A stretch of DNA of 64,000 nucleotides. Source: Mytilus trossulus (taxonomy: Eukaryota). The stretch lies in the NCBI RefSeq assembly GCF_036588685.1, contig NC_086375.1, positions 38,688,001 to 38,752,000 on the forward strand, in the 5' to 3' direction. The translations under genes were made by a program, and so were the position numbers. The first letter of the stretch is position 1. Every line of letters begins with the position of its first letter. Under the pieces are notes generated by a model. That model worked only from the letters and a program-made list of their open reading frames with translations, did not search any database and was not told the origin of the DNA. Positions 59,456 through 64,000 of this stretch are shown here, piece by piece.

Positions 59456-61629
59456 CGATAACCTATAATTATATTTGCATTATAGGCTTATATGATATAA
59501 TTTTGTATCCAGTTTTGAAGAGATATTCTGTACTTCATTATTGAAAAACCATTGTTTTGAAATACTTATAACACAACGGAAACACTTTATCCACATGATT
59601 ATACCATTAATAAACCAATTATTATCCAGAACAACCTTAGTCCAATAAAAAGCTGACTCAATGAATTAACTGAGGTTGACACCTATAACACGTAATTAAT
59701 GATTTCATGATTACTTTGCATTGTGCTATCGGGGTGCTATTTGACGTAAAAACCTTAAAAATATTTGTAAGAGCTGAAGTGAGACTGTGAATGCAATGAT
59801 GGTATGCAAAGGTATTTGAAGAAACACCGAATTTTTACTGTACACAAACGAGTGTATCATTTTGATCACTTGGACTCCAGTCTCATATATAAGAAACCCT
59901 TTTCTGCAAACAGTGTATTTTTAACTTTGTTAAACACAATCACGTACGGTCGGAATGCGAACATTCATTGAATTTATTAATTTGCGTTCAGAGAACCCTT
60001 AAACCTTCTTTTTTCTAGTTGTCTTTTATCACCAACAGTGCGCACAAAGCCAACAAATTAATTAATTTGAGTTACAGTTATGTCAGTAATTTGTTAGTCA
60101 AAATATCATTGATATAAAGAATGGTTATCAAAATAGAGAACAGGACATCAAATATAAAATGTAATCATGTATATATAGACAGTGATTATTAGTCATTGTC
60201 ACAAAGTTCGATGAATGAATTTTTGGTAACAACTTTATCAAAACACAGTCACAACAACAATGTGTCAGTTAACCAGGTCGAAGTCAGTAGAATAAAGGTC
60301 AACAAATAGGCCACATTGATAGTTGATGTCAGCTGAGTTTCAGTTTCTCACCCTTTAGTACTGTACCTGGAGTTACTTGTTTACACAAAACTAAGGAACA
60401 TAGTTCAGTTTCAAGTTTCTATTCTTAAGCTGACAAGTGTGTCTTTAATCTGTTTATATATCAATGTTTTTTCGTGTAAGTTAACGTTTGCACTTGTGTT
60501 CAACTTTCGATTGATAAATTGAGTGCTTATAACATATTACAATTAAGATTTTTAAAGATAGAACGTCTTGTTCTTTGCGTGTGAGATAATTTTATCTTAT
60601 TCTGTTTTCAAGATATTTGTGGTACAATTTATGGCATGAATTATTCAAATGTATACCTTTTGGAAAAGATAGGAGAAAGATACCTAAGAGTATTTATACT
60701 CACAAACCGACAACGAAAACAAAAACGAGGTATAGATAAACAACAAACGTAAATTACTAGTTTGCATTATGTATGAAGTACATTTGCTACAGAAACCAGT
60801 ATGACTGCACAGTTTGTGTTTATACAAAGCCATGTTCGACCTGATTACTGACACACACACACCAAAAACACACACACACATACACGCATAGGTCATTGTA
60901 CCCCCTCCAACTATGCACAAAGCCCATACCGCAATAGTCTGCATTAAAAGGCCACAAATGTTAATTAATTCAATAGAGAAAACTAAAGGCCTAATTCATG
61001 TACAAAATATTAATGAAACAAATATATGTAACACATCAACAAACGACAACCACTGAATTACAGGCTCCTGACTTTGGAACAGGAACATACATACAGAATG
61101 TAACGGGTTTATCAGGATCCCAACCCTCCCCTAGTCTATGGACAATGGTGAAACAGCACAACACAGAAACAAATTATAAAAATGAGTTGAAGAAAAAAAA
61201 ATCACAAAAAAACTGAACTCCGAGGAAAACTCAAAACGGAAAGTCTCTAATCAATGGCAAAATCAAAAGCTCAAACATATTGAAAGCAACTGTCATGTTC
61301 CTGACTTGTTACATGCATTTTCTTATGAAAAAGGTGGATTCAAATACATGCTTGTTTTACTATGCACATATATCGCCGCGATTAATTGTGATTATTGGCT
61401 ATAATATTGAGAATAATTGGAGGTAATTTACTAACCATAAGTACATGTTTATTTCAATTCATCACTTTTATGTATATAAAAGAGGTACCCTTAGGATGTC
61501 AGGGTTATAGGTTAAATTACCACATCTATTAAAGACTTGATTCTGAACTCATTAGAAGCAAAATGTATTAAGAAATGCACATAAATAAAAATATAAAAAA
61601 ACCGCAACCTGCTGCTATTCCTGCATATC

Positions 61630-62225
61630 TTTTTGAGTTCACAATAATGTTCTGTCATTCAAAAACCAATATTTCAATGTGTGATTACATCTCATATACA
61701 TCGCTTTAAGTTTACTACCGAGGTTAAAAAAGTCTGCTTCATATCTTGATCTTGTCCTAGAAATACACACAGACGGATTCAATGACAAATGATTTCAACA
61801 ATTTAATTGTCAACTTCCCATTTCTGAGCAGTAACATACCATCTGCAACATCGTTTAGCGTTTACATATCTCAGGTAAAACGTCACACTAGTTTATGTTT
61901 ACATTATACGGACTGCATTAATTGGTTTCTTACACCCACGAAACAACATGCTCAAACAGATATATGAGGAAGAACAACTGAAACCGACACTACATAAGTT
62001 TTACGATCACCATCATAAATTGATTGAATGGTAAGATGTGTCAGTTTCTTAACCCTAGATATGTTTTCGTGGCCTTAGATTTTAGTACAAGTAAAGTCGT
62101 CTGACCTGTTATTTTAGCGAGTGTGTCTTTATCCCTATTGTGTTATTTTAACTAGGTGGGATTTTGCACGATGAGTTATGCTTGCAAAAAGGAGACGTTC
62201 ACCTCCTGTCGACACACCCGTTCTC
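61630..62225 (+). pseudogene. Decayed Penelope-like element (PLE) reverse transcriptase C-terminal remnant
   Basis: SASYLDL, DFNNLIVNFPFLSSNIPSATSFSVYISQ and LHKFYDHHHKLIE resemble the PLE thumb motif DKRDDFNF.IVNFPFL.SNIP..PAYGVYISQL..KFYGRHHDLV; stops and frameshifts present. Confidence 0.75.
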
Positions 62226-63023
62226 CCTTCTTCTAAAATATATGTTAATACATTAGATTTTGTTTAAAAACATCCATTTGTCTCTTCTCTTTCGATTTTC
62301 TACATTTGAACATCGCGCGACACCCTACTGTTGGCTGTATCTATGACAGTCAATCACCACTTGGTCAAATGAGTATCAGTTTGAGACAAATTCAAAAAGC
62401 TTACCATGTTATATATATATATATATTCCTGTGGAAATATGAAATTGTGCCATTCGCGAGCATTTTGTGTCTTTTTATAATCAAAAACGATTTACAACAT
62501 ATGAAACGTGGAACCTCACGCTCACTCAATTTCAAAAAGCTATGAAAGAATAAATATCATTCAGGAAGTAAAGATAGTTCAGCTAGAGATTATGTTAACG
62601 TTCCTTTATTTTAGAAAATAATTTTATTTAAGATAACATTTTTTTTACTTGAAACATACGTCGAATCAAGGTGAATACACGTTGTCATCTGCATTTTTAC
62701 TACATCGATGGATCAACTATCAATTATTTCTAAGAGTCTTGTGGTATGTTTATAATAATAACATTAAACTTTCATATTGATACATTCAAGTTGACATTTT
62801 TTTAAATAATACATGAATGCATTTATTTTATAGAAAGACACATTCATGTGTATATATTTTTATCAATATTGCAGTTGCATATCCGTAATTGGTTAATGCA
62901 TTATAGACTACTATGTTTTTAATTATAAATTCAGTTTTCATGAAAGTGCTTCTATTTTTAAATGTCTAGTTAACATTATGGAGACTGCATATCCTAATGC
63001 TTATAGAATTATTTAAAATACTT

Positions 63024-63308
63024 AGGATTTTCTTATTCCAGGTATAGACAACCTTAGCTGTATTTGGCACAACTTTTTGGAATTTTGGATCACCAATACT
63101 CTACAACTTTGTACTTGTTTGGCTTTCTAACTATTTTGATCTGAGCGTCACTGATGAGTCTTATGTAGACGAAAAAAGTAAAATCACAAAAATACTGAAT
63201 TCCTATGAAATCAAAATTGGAAAGTCCCTAGTAAAATGGCAAAAAATCACGAAACGCGCGTCAGCAGGCGCATTAAATCGTAAGCTTGGTACCTTTGATA
63301 ACTATTTA
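63024..63308 (+). mobile_element. Retrozyme-like / PLE-associated repeat copy containing a type I hammerhead ribozyme motif, interrupted
   Basis: Contains the hammerhead core described at 63145-63271; boundaries approximate. Confidence 0.6.
63145..63271 (+). ncRNA. Type I hammerhead ribozyme motif split by a 74-bp insertion
   Basis: GCGTCA (stem I), CTGATGA, GTCT/TATGT/AGAC (stem II), GAAA, [insert], CGCGC, GTC (cleavage triplet), then ..GGCGC. ACGAAA is duplicated at 63169-74 and 63249-54. Confidence 0.75.
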
Positions 63309-64000
63309 CTATTTACTGTCACAGAAGAACACACTAAATCTTTACGTCAAAGTCTTTCTCAACCGATGTCATATACAAACTTTAGTTTGTATTTTGTCAC
63401 ATATTACAATTTACAATTACTTAATTTTCTACACAAAATCCCCCCCCCCCCCCACACACACAAATATATGACCGATTTTGAAGGATTCTTAACAAATATA
63501 GTTAAGCAAATAACTTGATGAATTTAACAAAACAATTACACGACAGACTCTTAGATATTTTATTTAAGTCGACAGTTTCATGTCAGGCATTTGTATAAAC
63601 CTTATTCCAATTTCAGAAGTACAGCAAGCGGAGTTAAGTTTCGATAAACTCTAGATTTTCAAGATAGTCACAGATGTCTATACGGGTAACCTAATTACGT
63701 AGATTGCTGACCCGCTGACTTTTACTCAATATCTCCTTATTTATGTCTTACAATTTGTGTTACAGTATACTTACAAGACATTAGTAATAGAGTAAAAATG
63801 TACAAAACTCCTGATGTTTGTGAAAAATCAATGTTCGTTGATACTGGCAACAATCATAAAAAGAAATTTTCAGTCCCAAAAAGATAGTAGAAATATATCA
63901 AAGGAACATTTAAACTCATTTGCAAATAAACTGACAACGCTATGTTAAACAAAATACAAAAACAAAACAGTACACAAAAAATAACTTAGAAAACTAAATA

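Noticed and set aside
50800-60200. Short ORFs of 60-115 aa from the ORF track
   Set aside because: Low-complexity AT-rich or repeat-derived translations with no recognisable motif or splice-consistent chain.

Overview
AT-rich, intron-containing animal genomic DNA. Repeat content and gene types suggest a bivalve mollusc, probably a Mytilus-like mussel (inference). Genes in order: a probable last exon of an upstream + gene (2530-2715); a head-to-head pair of testis-specific Ser/Thr kinases whose start codons are 275 bp apart (intronless on -, 8035-9105; 4 exons on +, 9381-17899); two tandem GT31 beta-1,3-galactosyltransferase-like genes, each with a single coding exon (30164-31264, 37769-38866); and an 11-exon ABCG5-like half transporter (-, 49085-40046) with no ABCG8 visible upstream. 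Mobile DNA: a young 5'-truncated LINE (21782-25930) whose intact APE-RT-CCHC ORF2 follows ORF1 in frame after a single TAG and has no early AUG; tRNA-derived V-type and Deu-type SINEs; a 3.6-kb Academ-like element; a MULE remnant nested in a foldback MITE; several tiny palindromic MITEs; a Penelope-like RT remnant; and an interrupted type I hammerhead (retrozyme-like) copy. Two abundant short repeat families appear to share a covarying RNA fold. All coordinates were read by hand, and repeat boundaries are approximate.
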